Assembly: GCA_964016885.1 (NCBI GenBank)
Contig: OZ024760.1
Span: forward strand, 30,070,001 to 30,134,000
Direction of reading: 5' to 3'
Length of the DNA stretch: 64,000 bases
Origin: Eledone cirrhosa
Lineage: Eukaryota
Notes under the pieces: model-generated
What the model saw: only the letters and a program-made list of their open reading frames with translations
Database searches by the model: none
Told to the model about the DNA's origin: nothing
Program-made: the position numbers and the translations under genes
Part shown: positions 1 to 16,100 of the stretch, piece after piece
Numbering within the stretch: the first letter of the stretch is position 1
How the letters are laid out: each line of letters begins with the position of its first letter

Positions 1-99
1 GTAACGTAATGTGTAATGTAATGTAATGTAATGTAATGTAATGTAATGTAATGTAATGTAATGTAATGTAATGTAATGTGTAATGTAATGTAATGTAAT

Positions 100-3000
100 G
101 TAATGTGTAACGTGTAATGTAATGTAATGTAATGTAATGTTTAATGTAATGTAATGTAATGTAAAGTAATGTAATGTAATGTTATGTTTAATGTAATGTA
201 ATGTAATGTAATATAATGTAATTTTTAATGTAATGTAATGTAATGTAAAGTAATGTAATGTAATGTAATGTAATGTAGTGTAGTGTGTAATGTAATGTAA
301 TGTAATGTAATGTAACGTAATGTAATGTGTAATGTAATGTAATGTAATGTGTAATGTAATGTAATGTAATGTAATGTAATGTAATGTAATGTGTACTGTA
401 ATGTAATGTAATGTAAAGTAACGTAAAGTGTAATGTAATGTAATGTAACGTAATGTAATGTAATGTAATGTAATGTGTAATGAAATGTAATGTAATGTAA
501 TGTAACGTAATGTGTAATGTAATGTAATGTAATGTAATGTAATGTAACGTAATGTAATGTAATGTAATGTAATGTAATGTGTAATGTAATGTAATGTAAT
601 GTAATGTAATGTAATGTGTAATGTGTAATGTAATGTAATGTAATGTTTAATGTAATGTAATGTAATGTAATGTAATGTAATGTAATGTTATGTTTAATGT
701 AACGTAATGTAATGTAATGTAATGTAATGTTTAATGTAATGTAATGTAATGTAATGTAATCTAATGTGTAATGTAATGTAATGTAATGTAACGTAATGTA
801 ATGTTTAATGTAATGTAATGTAATGTAATGTAATGTAATGAAATGTAATGTAACGTGTAATGTAATGTAATGTAATGTAATGTAATGTAACGTAATGTAA
901 TGTTTAATGTAATGTAATGTAATGTAATGTAATGAAATGTAATGTAACGTGTAATGTAATGTAATGTAATGTAATGTAATGTAATGTAATGTAATGTAAT
1001 GTAATGTAATGTAACGTAATGTAATGTACTGTGTAATGTAATGTAATGTAATGTGTAATGTAATGTAATGTCATGTAATGTAATGTGTAATGTAATGTAA
1101 TGTAATGTAATGTGTAATGTAATGTAATGTTTAAAGTAACGTAAAGTAATGTAATGAAATGTAATGTAATGTGTAATATACTGTAATGTAATGTAATGTG
1201 TAATGTAATGTAATGTTACGTAATGTAATGTAATGTGTAATGTAATGTAATGTAATGTAATGTGTAATGTAATGTAACGTAATGTAATGTAATGTAATGT
1301 AATGTAATGTAATGTAATGTAATGTGTAATGTAATGTAATGTAATGTAATGTGTAATGTAATGTAACGTGTAATGTAATGTAATGTAATGTAATGTGTAA
1401 TGTAATGTAATGTAATGTAGTGTAATGTATAATGTAATGTAATGTAATGTAATGTAATGTGTAATGTAATGTAATGTAATGTAATGTAATGTAATGTGTA
1501 ATGTAATGTAATGTAATGTAATGTAATGTAATGTAATGTGTAAGGTAATGTAATATAATGTAATCTAAAGTAATGTAATTTAATGTAACGTGTAATGTAA
1601 TGTAATGTAATGTAATGTAATGTAATGTAATGTAATGTGTAATGTAATGTAATGTAACGTAATGTAATGTAATGTAATGTAATGTAATGTAATGTAATGT
1701 AATGTAATGTAATGTAATGTAATGTAATGTGTAATGTGTAATGTAATGTAATGTAATGTAATGTAATGTAATGTAATGTGTAATGTAATGTAATGTAATG
1801 TAATGTAATGTGTAATGTAATGTAATGGAAAATAATGTGTAATGTAATGTAATGTAATGTGTAATGTAATGTAATGCAATGTAACGTAATGTAATGTGTA
1901 ATGTAATGTAATGTAATGTTATGTAATGTAATGTATAATGTAATGTAATGTAATGTAATGTAATGTAATGTAATGTGTAACGTAATGTAATGTAATGCAA
2001 TGTAATATGTAATGTAACGTAATGTAATGTAATCTGTAACGTAATGTAATGTAATGTGTAATGTAATGTAATGTAATGTAATGTAATGTAATGTAATGTA
2101 ATGTAATGTAATGTAATATAATGTAATGTAATGTGTAATGTAATGTAATGTAATGTAATGTGTAATGTAATGTAATGTAATGTGTAATGTAATGTAATGT
2201 AATGTAATGTAATGCAATGTTGTGTAATGTGTAATGTAATGTAATGTAATGTAATGTAATATAATGTAATGTAATGTAATGTAATGTAATGTAATGTAAT
2301 GTAATGTGTAATGAAATGTAACGTAACGTAATGTGTAATGTAATTTAATGTAATGTAATGTAATGTAATGTAATGTAATATGTAACGTAATGTAATGTAA
2401 TGTAATTTAATGTAATGTCTAACGTAATGTAATGTAATGTAATGTAATGTAATGTAATGTAATGTAATGTAATGTGTAATGTAATGTAATGTAATGTAAT
2501 GTAATGTAATGTAATGTAATGTAATGTGTAATGTAATGTAATGTAATGTAATGTAATGTAATGTAATGTGTAATGTAATGTAATGTAATGTAATGTAATG
2601 TAATATAATGTAATGTAATGTAATGTAATGTAATGTAATGTAATGTAATGTGTAATGAAATGTAACGTAACGTAATGTGTAATGTAATGTAATGTAATGT
2701 AATGTAATGTACTGTAATGTAATATAATGTCATGTAATGTAATGTAATGTGTAATGTAATGTAATGTAATGTAATGTGTAATGTGTAATGTGTAATGTAA
2801 TGTAATGTAATGTAATGTTTAATGTAATGTAATGTAATGTAATGTAATGTAATGTAATGTTATGTTTAATGTAATGTAATGTAATGTAATATAATGTAAT
2901 TCTTAATGTAATGTAATGTAATGTAAAGTAATGTAATGTAATGTAATGTAATGTAGTGTGTAATGTAATGTAATGTAATGTAACGTAATGTAATGTGTAA

Positions 3001-5300
3001 TGTAATGTAATGTAATGTAATGTGTAATGTAATGTAATGTAATGTAATGTAATGTAATGTAATGTAATGTAATGTAATGTAATGTGTACTGTAATGTAAT
3101 GTAATGTAAAGTAACGTAAAGTGTAATGTAATGTAATGTAACGTAATGTAATGTAGTGTAATGTAACGTAATGTAATGTAATGTAATGTAATGTGTAATG
3201 AAATGTAATGTAATGTAATGTAATGTAATGTAATGTAATGTGTAATGAAATGTAATGTAATGTAATGTAACGTAATGTGTAATGTAATGTAATGTAATGT
3301 AATGTAATGTAACGTAATGTAATGTCATGTAATGTAATGTGTAATGTAATGTAATGTAATGTAATGTAATGTAATGTAATGTGTAATGTGTAATGTAATG
3401 TAATGTAATGTAATGTTTAATGTAATGTAATGTAATGTAATGTAATGTAATGTAATGTAATGTAATGTTATGTTTAATGTAATGTAATGTAATGTAATAT
3501 AATCTAATGTGTAATGTAATGTAATGTAATGTAACGTAATGTAATGTTTAATGTAATGTTTAATGTAATGTAATGTAATGTAATGTAATGTAATGAAATG
3601 TAATGTAACGTGTAATGTAATGTAATGTAATGTAATGTAATGTAACGTAATGTAATGTTTAATGTAATGTTTAATGTAATGTAATGTAATGTAATGTAAT
3701 GTAATGAAATGTAATGTAACGTGTAATGTAATGTAATGTAATGTAATGTAATGTAACGTAATGTAATGTTTAATGTAATGTAATGTAATGTAATGTAATG
3801 AAATGTAATGTAACGTGTAATGTAATGTAATGTAATGTAATGTAATGTAATGTAATGTTATGTAATGTAATGTAATGTAATGTAACGTAATGTAATGTAC
3901 TGTGTAATGTAATGTAATGTAATGTGTAATGTAATGTAATGTCATGTAATGTAATGTGTAATGTAATGTAATGTAATGTGTAATGTAATGTAATGTTTAA
4001 AGTAACGTAATGTAACGTAATGAAATGTAATGTAATGTGTAATATACTGTAATGTAATGTAATGTGTAATGTAATGTAATGTAACGTAATGTAATGTAAT
4101 GTAATGTGTAATGTAATGTAATGTAATGTAATGTGTAATGTAATGTAATGTAATGTAATGTAATGTAATGTAATGTAATGTAATGTAATGTAATGTAATG
4201 TGTAATGTAATGTAATGTAATGTAATGTAATGTAATGTAATGTAATGTAATGTAATGTGTAATGTAATGTAATGTAATGTAATGTGTAATGTAATGTAAC
4301 GTGTAATGTAATGTAATGTAATGTAATGTGTAATGTAATGTAATGTAATGTAGTGTAATGTATAATGTAATGTAATGTAATGTAATGTGTAATGTAATGT
4401 AATGTAATGTAATGTAATGTGTAATGTAATGTAATGTATTGTGTAATGTAATGTAATGTAATGTAATGTAATCTAAAGTAATGTAATTTAATGTAATGTG
4501 TAATGTAATGTAATGTAACGTAATGTAATGTAATGTAATGTAATGTAATGTAATGTAATGTAATGTAATGTAATGTGTAATGTGTAATGTAATGTAATGT
4601 AATGTAATGTGTAATGTAATGTAATGTAATGTAATGTAATGTAATGTAACGTGTAATGAAATGTAATGTAATGTAATGTAATGTGTAATGTAATGTAATG
4701 TAATATAATGTGTAATGTAATGTAATGTGTAATGTGTAATGTAATGTAATGTAATGTAATGTTATGTAATGTAATGTATAATGTAATGTAATGTAATGTA
4801 ACGTAATGTAATGTGTAACGTAATGTAATGTAATGCAATGTAATATGTAATGTAACGTAATGTAATGTAATCTGTAACGTAATGTAATGTAATGTAATGT
4901 GTAATGTAATGTAATGTAATGTAATGTAATGTAATGTAATGTAATGTAATGTAATGTAATGTAATGTAATGTAATGTGTAATGTAATGTAATGTAATGTA
5001 ATGTAATGTGTAATGTAATGTAATGTAATGTGTAATGTAATGTAATGTAATGTAATGTAATGTAATGCAATGTAGTGTAATGTGTAATGTAATGTAATGT
5101 AATCTAATGTGTTATGTAATTTAATGTAATGTAATGTAATGTAATGTAATGTAATGTAATATGTAACGTAATGTAATGTAATGTAATTTAATGTAATGTC
5201 TAACGTAATGTAATGTAATGTAATGTAATGTAATGTAATGTGTAATGTAATGTAATGTAATGTAATGTAATGTAATATGTAATGTAATGTAATGTAATGT
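100..5300 (+). repeat. Diverged tandem duplication, unit ~2.7-2.9 kb (~100-2700 and ~2750-5300)
   Basis: Colinear landmarks: GTTATGTTT 181/2859, AAAGTAACGTAAAGTG 415/3108, GTTTAAAGTAACG 1129/3995, TCTAAAG 1564/4472, TCTGTAAC 2033/4871. Offsets drift from ~2680 to ~2910. Confidence 0.8.
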
Positions 5301-5849
5301 AATATAATGTAATTTTTAATGTAATGTAATGTAATGTAATGTAATCTAATGTGTAATGTAATGTAATGTAATGTAATGTAACGTAATGTAATGTTTAATG
5401 TAATGTAATGTAATGTAATGTAATGTAATGAAATGTAATGTAATGTAATGTAATGTAATGTAATGTAATGTAATGTAATGTAATGTAATGTAATGTAATG
5501 TAATGTAATGTAACGTAATGTAATGTACTGTGTAATGTAATGTAATGTGTAATGTAATGTAATATAATGTAATGTAATGTGTAATGTAATGTAATGTAAT
5601 GTGTAATGTAATGTAATGTTTAAAGTGACGTAATGTAACGTAATGAAATGTAATGTAATGTGTAATATACTGTAATGTAATGTAATGTGTAATGTAATGT
5701 AATGTAATGTAATGTAATGTAATGTAATGTAATGTAATGTAATGTAATGTGTAGTGTAATGTAATGTAATGTGTAATGTAATGTAATGTAATGTAATGTA
5801 ATGTAATGTAATGTAATGTAATGTAATGTGTAATGTAATGTAATGTAAT

Positions 5850-8800
5850 GTAATGTAATGTAATGTAATGTAATGTAATGTAATGTGTTGTGTAATGTAA
5901 TGTAATGTAATGTGTAATGTAATGTAACGTGTAATGTAATGTAATGTAATGTGTAATGTAATGTAATGTAATGTAGTGTAATGTATAATGTAATGTAATG
6001 TAATGTGTAATGTAATGTAATGTAATGTAATGTGTAATGTGTAATGTGTAATGTAAAGTAATGTAATGTAATGTAATGTAATGTAATGTGTAATGTAATG
6101 TAATGTAATGTAATGTAATGTAATGTAATGTAATGTGTAATGTAATGTAATGTAATGTAATGTAACGTAATGTAACGTAATGTAATGTAATCTAATGTAA
6201 TGTAATGTGTAATGTGTAATGTGTAATGTAATGTAATGTAATGTAATGTGTAATGTAATGTAATGTAATGTAATGTAATGTAATGTAATGTGTAATGTAA
6301 TGTAATGTAATGCAATGTAATATGTAATGTAACGTAACGTAATGTAATGTGTAACGTAATGTAATGTAATGTGTAATGTAATGTAATGTAATGTAATGTA
6401 ATGTAATGTAATGTAATGTAATGTAATGTAATGTGTAATGTAATATAATGTAATGTAATGTAATGTAATGTAATGTGTAATGTAATGTAATGTAATGTAA
6501 TGTAATGTAATGTGTAATGTAATGTAATGTGTAATGTAATGTAATGTAATGTAATGTAATGCAATGTAGTGTAATGTGTAATGTAATGTAATGTAATCTA
6601 ATGTGTAATGTAATTTAATGTAATGTAATGTTATGTAATGTAATGTAATATGTAACGTAATGTAACGTAATGTAATTTAATGTAATGTCTAATGTAATGT
6701 AATGTAATGTAATGTAATGTAATGTAATGTGTAATGTAATGTAACGTAATGTAATGTAATGTAATGTAATGTAATGTAATGTAATGTAATGTAATGTGTA
6801 ATGTAATGTAATGTAATGTAATGTAATATAATGTAATGTAATGTAATGTAATGTAATTTAATGTAATGTAATGTAATGCAATGTAATATGTAATGTAACG
6901 TAACGTAATGTAATGTGTAACGTAATGTAATGTAATGTGTAATGTAATGTAATGTAATGTAATGTAATGTAATGTAATGTAATGTAATGTAATGTAATGT
7001 GTAATGTAATATAATGTAATGTAATGTAATGTAATGTAATGTGTAATGTAATGTAATGTAATGTAATGTAATGTGTAATGTAATGTAATGTGTAATGTAA
7101 TGTAATGTAATGTAATGTAATGTAATGCAATGTAGTGTAATGTGTAATGTAATGTAATGTAATCTAATGTGTAATGTAATTTAATGTAATGTAATGTTAT
7201 GTAATGTAATGTAATATGTAACGTAATGTAACGTAATGTAATTTAATGTAATGTCTAATGTAATGTAATGTAATGTAATGTAATGTGTAATGTAATGTAA
7301 CGTAATGTAATGTAATGTAATGTAATGTAATGTAATGTAATGTGTAATGTAATGTAACGCAATGTAATGTAATGTAATGTGTAATGTAGTGTAACGTAAT
7401 GTAATGTGTAATGTAATGTAATGTGTAATGTAATGTAATGTAATGTAATGTAATGCAATGCAATGTAATGTAATGTGTAATGTGTAATGTAATGTAAGGT
7501 AAGGTAATGTAATGTAATGTGTAATGTAATGTAATGTAATGTAGTGTAACGTGTAATGTAATGTAATGTAATGTAAAGTAATGTGTAATGTAATGTAATG
7601 TAATGTAATGTGTAATGTAATGTAATGTAATGTAGTGTAATGTATAATGTAATGTAATGTAATGTGTAATGTAATTTAATGTAATGTAATGTGTAATGTA
7701 ATGTAATGTAATGTAATGTAATGTGTAATGTAATGTAATGCTATGTAATGTAATGTATAATGTAATGTATAATGTAATGTAATGTGTAATGTCATGTAAT
7801 GTCATGTAATGTCATGTAATGTAACGTAATGTAACGTAATGTAATGTAATGTAATGTAATGTAATGTAATGTAATGTAATGTAACGTAATGTAATGTAAT
7901 GTGTAATGTAATGTAATGTAATGTAATGTAATGTGTAATGTAATGTATTGTAATGTAATGTGTAATGTAATGTAATGTAATGTAAAGTAATGTAATGTAA
8001 CGTAATGTAATGTAATGTGTAATGTAATGTGTAATGTAATGTAATGTAATGTGTAATGCAATGTAATGTAATGTAATGTGTAATGTAATGTAACGTGTAA
8101 TGTAATGTAATGTAATGTAATGTGTAATGTAATGTAATGTAATGTAGTGTAATGTATAATGTAATGTAATGTAATGTAATGTGTAATGTAATGTAATGTA
8201 ATGTAATGTAATGTAATGTAATGTAATGTAATGTGTAATGTAATGTAATGTAATGTAATGTAATGTAATGTAATGTAATGTAATGTAATGTGTTGTGTAA
8301 TGTAATGTAATGTAATGTGTAATGTAATGTAACGTGTAATGTAATGTAATGTAATGTGTAATGTAATGTAATGTAATGTAGTGTAATGTATAATGTAATG
8401 TAATGTAATGTGTAATGTAATGTAATGTAATGTAATGTGTAATGTGTAATGTGTAATGTAAAGTAATGTAATGTAATGTAATGTAATGTAATGTGTAATG
8501 TAATGTAATGTAATGTAATGTAATGTAATGTAATGTAATGTGTAATGTAATGTAATGTAATGTAACGTAATGTAACGTAATGTAATGTAATCTAATGTAA
8601 TGTAATGTGTAATGTGTAATGTAATGTAATGTAATGTAATGTGTAATGTAATGTAATGTAATGTAATGTAATGTAATGTAATGTAATGTAATGTGTAATG
8701 TAATGTAATGTAATGCAATGTAATATGTAATGTGTAACGTAATGTAATGTAATGTAATGTAATGTAATGTAATGTAATGTAATGTAATGTAATGTAATGT

Positions 8801-10150
8801 AATGTGTAATGTAATATAATGTAATGTAATGTAATGTAATGTAATGTGTAATGTAATGTAATGTAATGTAATGTAATGTGTAATGTAATGTAATGTGTAA
8901 TGTAATGTAATGTAATGCAATGTAGTGTAATGTGTAATGTAATGTAATGTAATCTAATGTGTAATGTAATTTAATGTAATGTAATGTTATGTAATGTAAT
9001 GTAATATGTAACGTAATGTAACGTAATGTAATTTAATGTAATGTCTAATGTAATGTAATGTAATGTAATTTAATGTAATGTAATGTGTAATGTAACGTAA
9101 TGTAATGTAATGTAATGTAATGTAATGTAATGTAATGTAATGTGTAATGTAATGTAATGTAATGTAATGTAATGTAATATAATGTAATGTAATGTAATGT
9201 AATGTAATGTAATGTAATGCAATGTAATATGTAATGTAACGTAACATAATGTAATGTGTAACGTAATGTAATGTAATGTAATGTAATGTAATGTAATGTA
9301 ATGTAATGTAATGTAATGTAATGTAATGTAATGTAATGTGTAATGTAATATAATGTAATGTAATGTAATGTAATGTAATGTGTAATGTAATGTAATGTAA
9401 TGTAATGTAATGTAATGTAATGTGTAATGTAATGTAATGTGTAATGTAATGTAATGTAATGTAATGTAATGTAATGCAATGTAGTGTAATGTGTAATGTA
9501 ATGTAATGTAATCTAATGTGTAATGTAATTTAATGTAATGTAATGTTATGTAATGTAATGTAATATGTAACGTAATGTAACATAATGTAATTTAATGTAA
9601 TGTCTAATGTAATGTCTAATGTAATGTAATGTAATGTAATGTAATGTAATGTAATGTGTAATGTAATGTAACGTAATGTAATGTAATGTAATGTAATGTA
9701 ATGTAATGTGTAATGTAATGTAACGCAATGTAATGTAATGTAATGTGTAATGTAGTGTAACGTAATGTAATGTGTAATGTAATGTAATGTGTAATGTAAT
9801 GTAATGTAATGTAATGTAATGTAATGCAATGCAATGTAATGTAATGTGTAATGTGTAATGTAATGTAAGGTAAGGTAATGTAATGTAATGTGTAATGTAA
9901 TGTAATGTAATGTAGTGTAACGTGTAATGTAATGTAATGTAATGTAGTGTGTAATTTAATGTAATGTAATGTGTAATGTAATGTAATGTAATGTAATGTA
10001 ATGTAAAGTAATGTGTAATGTAATGTAATGTAATGTAATGTGTAATGTAATGTAATGTAATGTAGTGTAATGTATAATGTAATGTAATGTAATGTGTAAT
10101 GTAATTTAATGTAATGTAATGTGTAATGTAATGTAATGTAATGTGTAATG
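5850..10150 (+). repeat. Tandem duplication, unit ~2.36 kb, each copy containing an internal ~560 bp duplication
   Basis: Cassette pairs 6561/8917 and 7127/9476; AAGGTAAGGT 7496/9867; GTGTTGTG ~5885/8290. Internal offsets are 566 (6561-7127) and 559 (8917-9476). Confidence 0.75.
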
Positions 10151-13100
10151 TAATGTCATGTAATGTAATGTAATGTAACGTAATGTAATGTAATGTAATG
10201 TAATGTAATGTAATGTAATGTAATGTGTAATGTGTAATGTAATGTAATGTAATGTAATGTGTAATGTAATGTAATGTAATGTGTAATGTAATGTAATGTA
10301 ATGTAATGTGTAATGTAATGTATTGTAATGTAATGTGTAATGTAATGTAATGTAATGTAAAGTAATGTAATGTAACGTAATGTAATGTAATGTGTAATGT
10401 AATGTAATGTAATGTAACGTAATGTAATGTGTAATGTAATGTAATGTAATGTGTAATGCAATGTAATGTAATGTAATGTGTAATGTAATGTAACGTGTAA
10501 TGTAATGTAATGTAATGTAATGTGTAATGTAATGTAATGTAATGTAGTGTAATGTATAATGTAATGTAATGTAATGTAATGTGTAATGTAATGTAATGTA
10601 ATGTAATGTAATGTAATGTGTAATGTAATGTAATGTATTGTGCAATGTAATGTAATGTAATGTAATGTAATCTAAAGTAATGTAATTTAATGTAACGTGT
10701 AATGTAATGTAATGTAATGTAATGTAATGTAATGTAATGTAATGTGTAATGTAATGTAATGTAACGTAATGTAATGTAATGTAATGTAATGTAATGTAAT
10801 GTAATGTAATGTGTAATGTAATGTAATGTAATGTAATGTAATGTAATGTAATGTAATGTAACGTGTAATGAAATGTAATGTAATGTAATGTAATGTGTAA
10901 TGTAATGTAATGTAATATAATGTGTAATGTAATGTAATGTGTAATGTGTAATGTAATGTAATGCAATGTAACGTAATGTAATGTGTAATGTAATGTAATG
11001 TAATGTTATGTAATGTAATGTATAATGTAATGTAATGTAATGTAATGTAATATAATGTAATGTTTAACGTAATGTAATGTAATGCAATGTAATATGTAAT
11101 GTAACGTAATGTAATGTAATCTGTAACGTAATGTAATGTAATGTAATGTGTAATGTAATGTAATGTAATGTAATGTAATGTAATGTAATGTAATGTAATG
11201 TAATATAATGTGTAATGTAATGTAATGTAATGTAATGTAATGTGTAATGTAATGTAATGTAATGTGTAATGTAATGTAATGTAATGTAATGTAATGCAAT
11301 GTAGTGTAATGTGTAATGTAATGTAATGTAATCTAATGTGTAATGTAATTTAATGTAATGTAATGTAATGTAATGTAATGTAATATGTAACGTAATGTAA
11401 TGTAATGTAATGTAATTTAATGTAATGTCTAACGTAATGTAATGTAATGTAATGTAATGTAATGTAATGTGTAATGTAATGTAATGTAATGTAATGTAAT
11501 GTAATGTGTAATGTAATGTAATGTAATGTAATATAATGTAATTTTTAATGTAATGTAATGTAATGTAATTTAATCTAATGTGTAATGTAATGTAATGTAA
11601 TGTAATGTAACGTAATGTAATGTTTAATGTGATGTAATGTAATGTAATGTAATGTAATGTAATGTAATGAATTGTAATGTAACGTGTAATGTAATGTAAT
11701 GTAATGTAATGTAATGTAATGTAATGTAATGTAATGTAATGTAATGTAATGTAAGGTAATGTAATGTACTGTGTAATGTAATGTAATGTGTAATGTAATG
11801 TAATATAATGTAATGTAATGTGTAATGTAATGTAATGTAATGTGTAATGTAATGTAATGTTTAAAGTAACGTAATGTAACGTAATGAAATGTAATGTAAT
11901 GTGTAATATACTGTAATGTAATGTAATGTGTAATGTAATGTAATGTAATGTAATGTAATGTAATGTAATGTAATGTAATGTAATGTGTAGTGTAATGTAA
12001 TGTAATGTGTAATGTAATGTAATGTAATGTAATGTAATGTGTAATGTAATGTAATGTAATGTAATGTAATGTAATGTAATGTAATGTGTTGTGTAATGTA
12101 ATGTAATGTAATGTGTAATGTAATGTAACGTGTAATGTAATGTAATGTAATGTAATGTGTAATGTAATGTAATGTAAATATAGTGTAATGTATAATGTAA
12201 TGTAATGTAATGTGTAATGTAATGTAATGTAATGTAATGTGTAATGTAATGTAACGTGTAATGTAATGTAATGTAATGTAATGTGTAATGTAATATAATG
12301 TAAAGTAATGTAATGTAATGTAATGTAATGTAATGTGTAATGTAATGTAATGTAATGTGTAATATAATGTAATGTAATGTAATGTAATGTAATGTAATGT
12401 GTAATGTAATGTAATGTAACGTAATGTAACGTAATGTAATGTAATCTAATGTAATGTAATGTGTAATGTGTAATGTAATGTAATGTAATGTAATGTGTAA
12501 TGTAATGTAATGTAATGTAATGTAATGTAATGTAATGTAATGTAATGTGTAATGTAATGTAATGTAATGCAATGTAATATGTAATGTAACGTAACGTAAT
12601 GTAATGTGTAACGTAATGTAATGTAACGTGTAATGTAATGTAATGTAATGTAATGTAATGTAATGTAATGTAATGTGTAATGTAATATAATGTAATGTAA
12701 TGTAATGTAATGTAATGTGTAATGTAATGTAATGTAATGTAATGTAATGTGTAATGTAATGTAATGTGTAATGTAATGTAATGTGTAATGTAATGTAATG
12801 TAATGTAATGTAATGTAATGTAATGCAATGTAGTGTAATGTGTAATGTAATGTAATGTAATGTAATGTTATGTAATGTAATGTATAATGTAATGTAATGT
12901 AATGTAATGTAATGTGTAACGTAATGTAATGTAATGCAATGTAATATGTAATGTAACGTAATATAATGTAATCTGTAACGTAATGTAATGTAATGTAATG
13001 TGTAATGTAATGTAATGTAATGTAATGTAATGTAATGTAATGTAATGTGTAATGTAATATAATGTAATGTAATGTAATGTAATGTAATGTGTAATGTAAT

Positions 13101-16100
13101 GTAATGTAATGTAATGTGTAATGTAATGTAATGTGTAATGTAATGTAATGTAATGTAATGTAATGTAATGCAATGTAGTGTAATGTGTAATGTAATGTAA
13201 TGTAATCTAATGCGTAATGTAATTTAATGTAATGTAATGTTATGTAATGTAATGTAATATGTAACGTAATGTAACGTAATGTAATTTAATGTAATGTCTA
13301 ATGTAATGTAATGTAATGTAATGTAATGTGTAATGTAATGTAACGTAATGTAATGTAATGTAATGTAATGTAATGTAATGTGTAATGTAATGTAACACAA
13401 TGTAATGTAATGTAATGTGTAATGTAGTGTAACGTAATGTAATGTGTAATGTAATGTAATGTGTAATGTAATGTAATGTAATGTAATGTAATGCAATGCA
13501 ATGTAATGTAATGTGTAATGTGTAATGTAATGTAAGGTAAGGTAATGTAATGTAATGTGTAATGTAATGTAATGTAATGTAGTGTAACGTGTAATGTAAT
13601 GTAATGTAATGTAAAGTAATGTGTAATGTAATGTAATGTAATGTAATGTGTAATGTAATGTAATGTAATGTAGTGTAATGTATAATGTAATGTAATGTAA
13701 TGTGTAATGTAATTTAATGTAATGTAATGTGTAATGTAATGTAATGTAATGTAATGTAATGTGTAATGTAATGTAATGCTATGTAATGTAATGTATAATG
13801 TAATGTAATGTAATGTGTAATGTCATGTAATGTCATGTAATGTAATGTAATGTAACGTAATGTAATGTAATGTAATGTAATGTAATGTAATGTAATGTAA
13901 TGTAATGTGTAATGTAATGTAATGTAATGTAATGTGTAATGTAATGTAATGTAATGTGTAATGTCATGTAATGTCATGTAATGTAATGTAATGTAACGTA
14001 ATGTAATGTAATGTGTAATGTAATGTAATGTAATGTAATGTAATGTGTAATGTAATGTATTGTAATGTAATGTGTAATGTAATGTAATGTAATGTAAAGT
14101 AATGTAATGTAACGTAATGTAATGTAATGTGTAATGTAATGTGTAATGTAATGTAATGTAATGTGTAATGCAATGTAATGTAATGTAATGTGTAATGTAA
14201 TGTAACGTGTAATGTAATGTAATGTAATGTAATGTGTAATGTAATGTAATGTAATGTAGTGTAATGTATAATGTAATGTAATGTAATGTAATGTGTAATG
14301 TAATGTAATGTAATGTAATGTAATGTAATGTAATGTAATGTGTAATGTAATGTAATGTAATGTAATGTAATGTAATGTAATGTAATGTAATGTAATGTGT
14401 TGTGTAATGTAATGTAATGTAATGTGTAATGTAATGTAACGTGTAATGTAATGTAATGTAATGTGTAATGTAATGTAATGTAATGTAGTGTAATGTATAA
14501 TGTAATGTAATGTAATGTGTAATGTAATGTAATGTAATGTAATGTGTAATGTGTAATGTGTAATGTAAAGTAATGTAATGTAATGTAATGTAATGTAATG
14601 TGTAATGTAATGTAATGTAATGTAATGTAATGTAATGTAATGTAATGTGTAATGTAATGTAATGTAATGTAACGTAATGTAACGTAATGTAATGTAATCT
14701 AATGTAATGTAATGTGTAATGTGTAATGTAATGTAATGTAATGTAATGTGTAATGTAATGTAATGTAATGTAATGTAATGTAATGTAATGTAATGTAATG
14801 TGTAATGTAATGTAATGTAATGCAATGTAATATGTAATGTGTAACGTAATGTAATGTAATGTAATGTAATGTAATGTAATGTAATGTAATGTAATGTAAT
14901 GTAATGTAATGTAATGTGTAATGTAATATAATGTAATGTAATGTAATGTAATGTAATGTGTAATGTAATGTAATGTAATGTAATGTAATGTAATGTGTAA
15001 TGTAATGTAATGTGTAATGTAATGTAATGTAATGCAATGTAGTGTAATGTGTAATGTAATGTAATGTAATCTAATGTGTAATGTAATTTAATGTAATGTA
15101 ATGTTATGTAATGTAATGTAATATGTAACGTAATGTAACGTAATGTAATTTAATGTAATGTCTAATGTAATGTAATGTAATGTAATTTAATGTAATGTAA
15201 TGTGTAATGTAACGTAATGTAATGTAATGTAATGTAATGTAATGTAATGTAATGTGTAATGTAATGTAATGTAATGTAATGTAATGTAATATAATGTAAT
15301 GTAATGTAATGTAATGTAATGTAATGTAATGCAATGTAATATGTAATGTAACGTAACATAATGTAATGTGTAACGTAATGTAATGTAATGTAATGTAATG
15401 TAATGTAATGTAATGTAATGTAATGTAATGTAATGTGTAATGTAATATAATGTAATGTAATGTAATGTAATGTAATGTGTAATGTAATGTAATGTAATGT
15501 AATGTAATGTAATGTGTAATGTAATGTAATGTGTAATGTAATGTAATGTAATGTAATGTAATGTAATGCAATGTAGTGTAATGTGTAATGTAATGTAATG
15601 TAATCTAATGTGTAATGTAATTTAATGTAATGTAATGTTATGTAATGTAATGTAATATGTAACGTAATGTAACATAATGTAATTTAATGTAATGTCTAAT
15701 GTAATGTCTAATGTAATGTAATGTAATGTAATGTAATGTAATGTAATGTGTAATGTAATGTAACGTAATGTAATGTAATGTAATGTAATGTAATGTAATG
15801 TGTAATGTAATGTAACGCAATGTAATGTAATGTAATGTGTAATGTAGTGTAACGTAATGTAATGTGTAATGTAATGTAATGTGTAATGTAATGTAATGTA
15901 ATGTAATGTAATGTAATGCAATGCAATGTAATGTAATGTGTAATGTGTAATGTAATGAAAGGTAAGGTAATGTAATGTAATGTGTAATGTAATGTAATGT
16001 AATGTAGTGTAACGTGTAATGTAATGTAATGTAATGTAGTGTGTAATTTAATGTAATGTAATGTGTAATGTAATGTAATGTAATGTAATGTAATGTAAAG

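Noticed and set aside
1215-1224. Palindromic bZIP-type site GTTACGTAAT
   Set aside because: It is a one-off combination of two common monomer variants and is not conserved in the paralogous copy near 4081.
12173-12180. Canonical Pumilio element TGTAAATA (also 18260-18267)
   Set aside because: It is a single mutational variant copied by the 6.09 kb duplication. It is expected by chance given the TGTAA background, and there is no transcript context.
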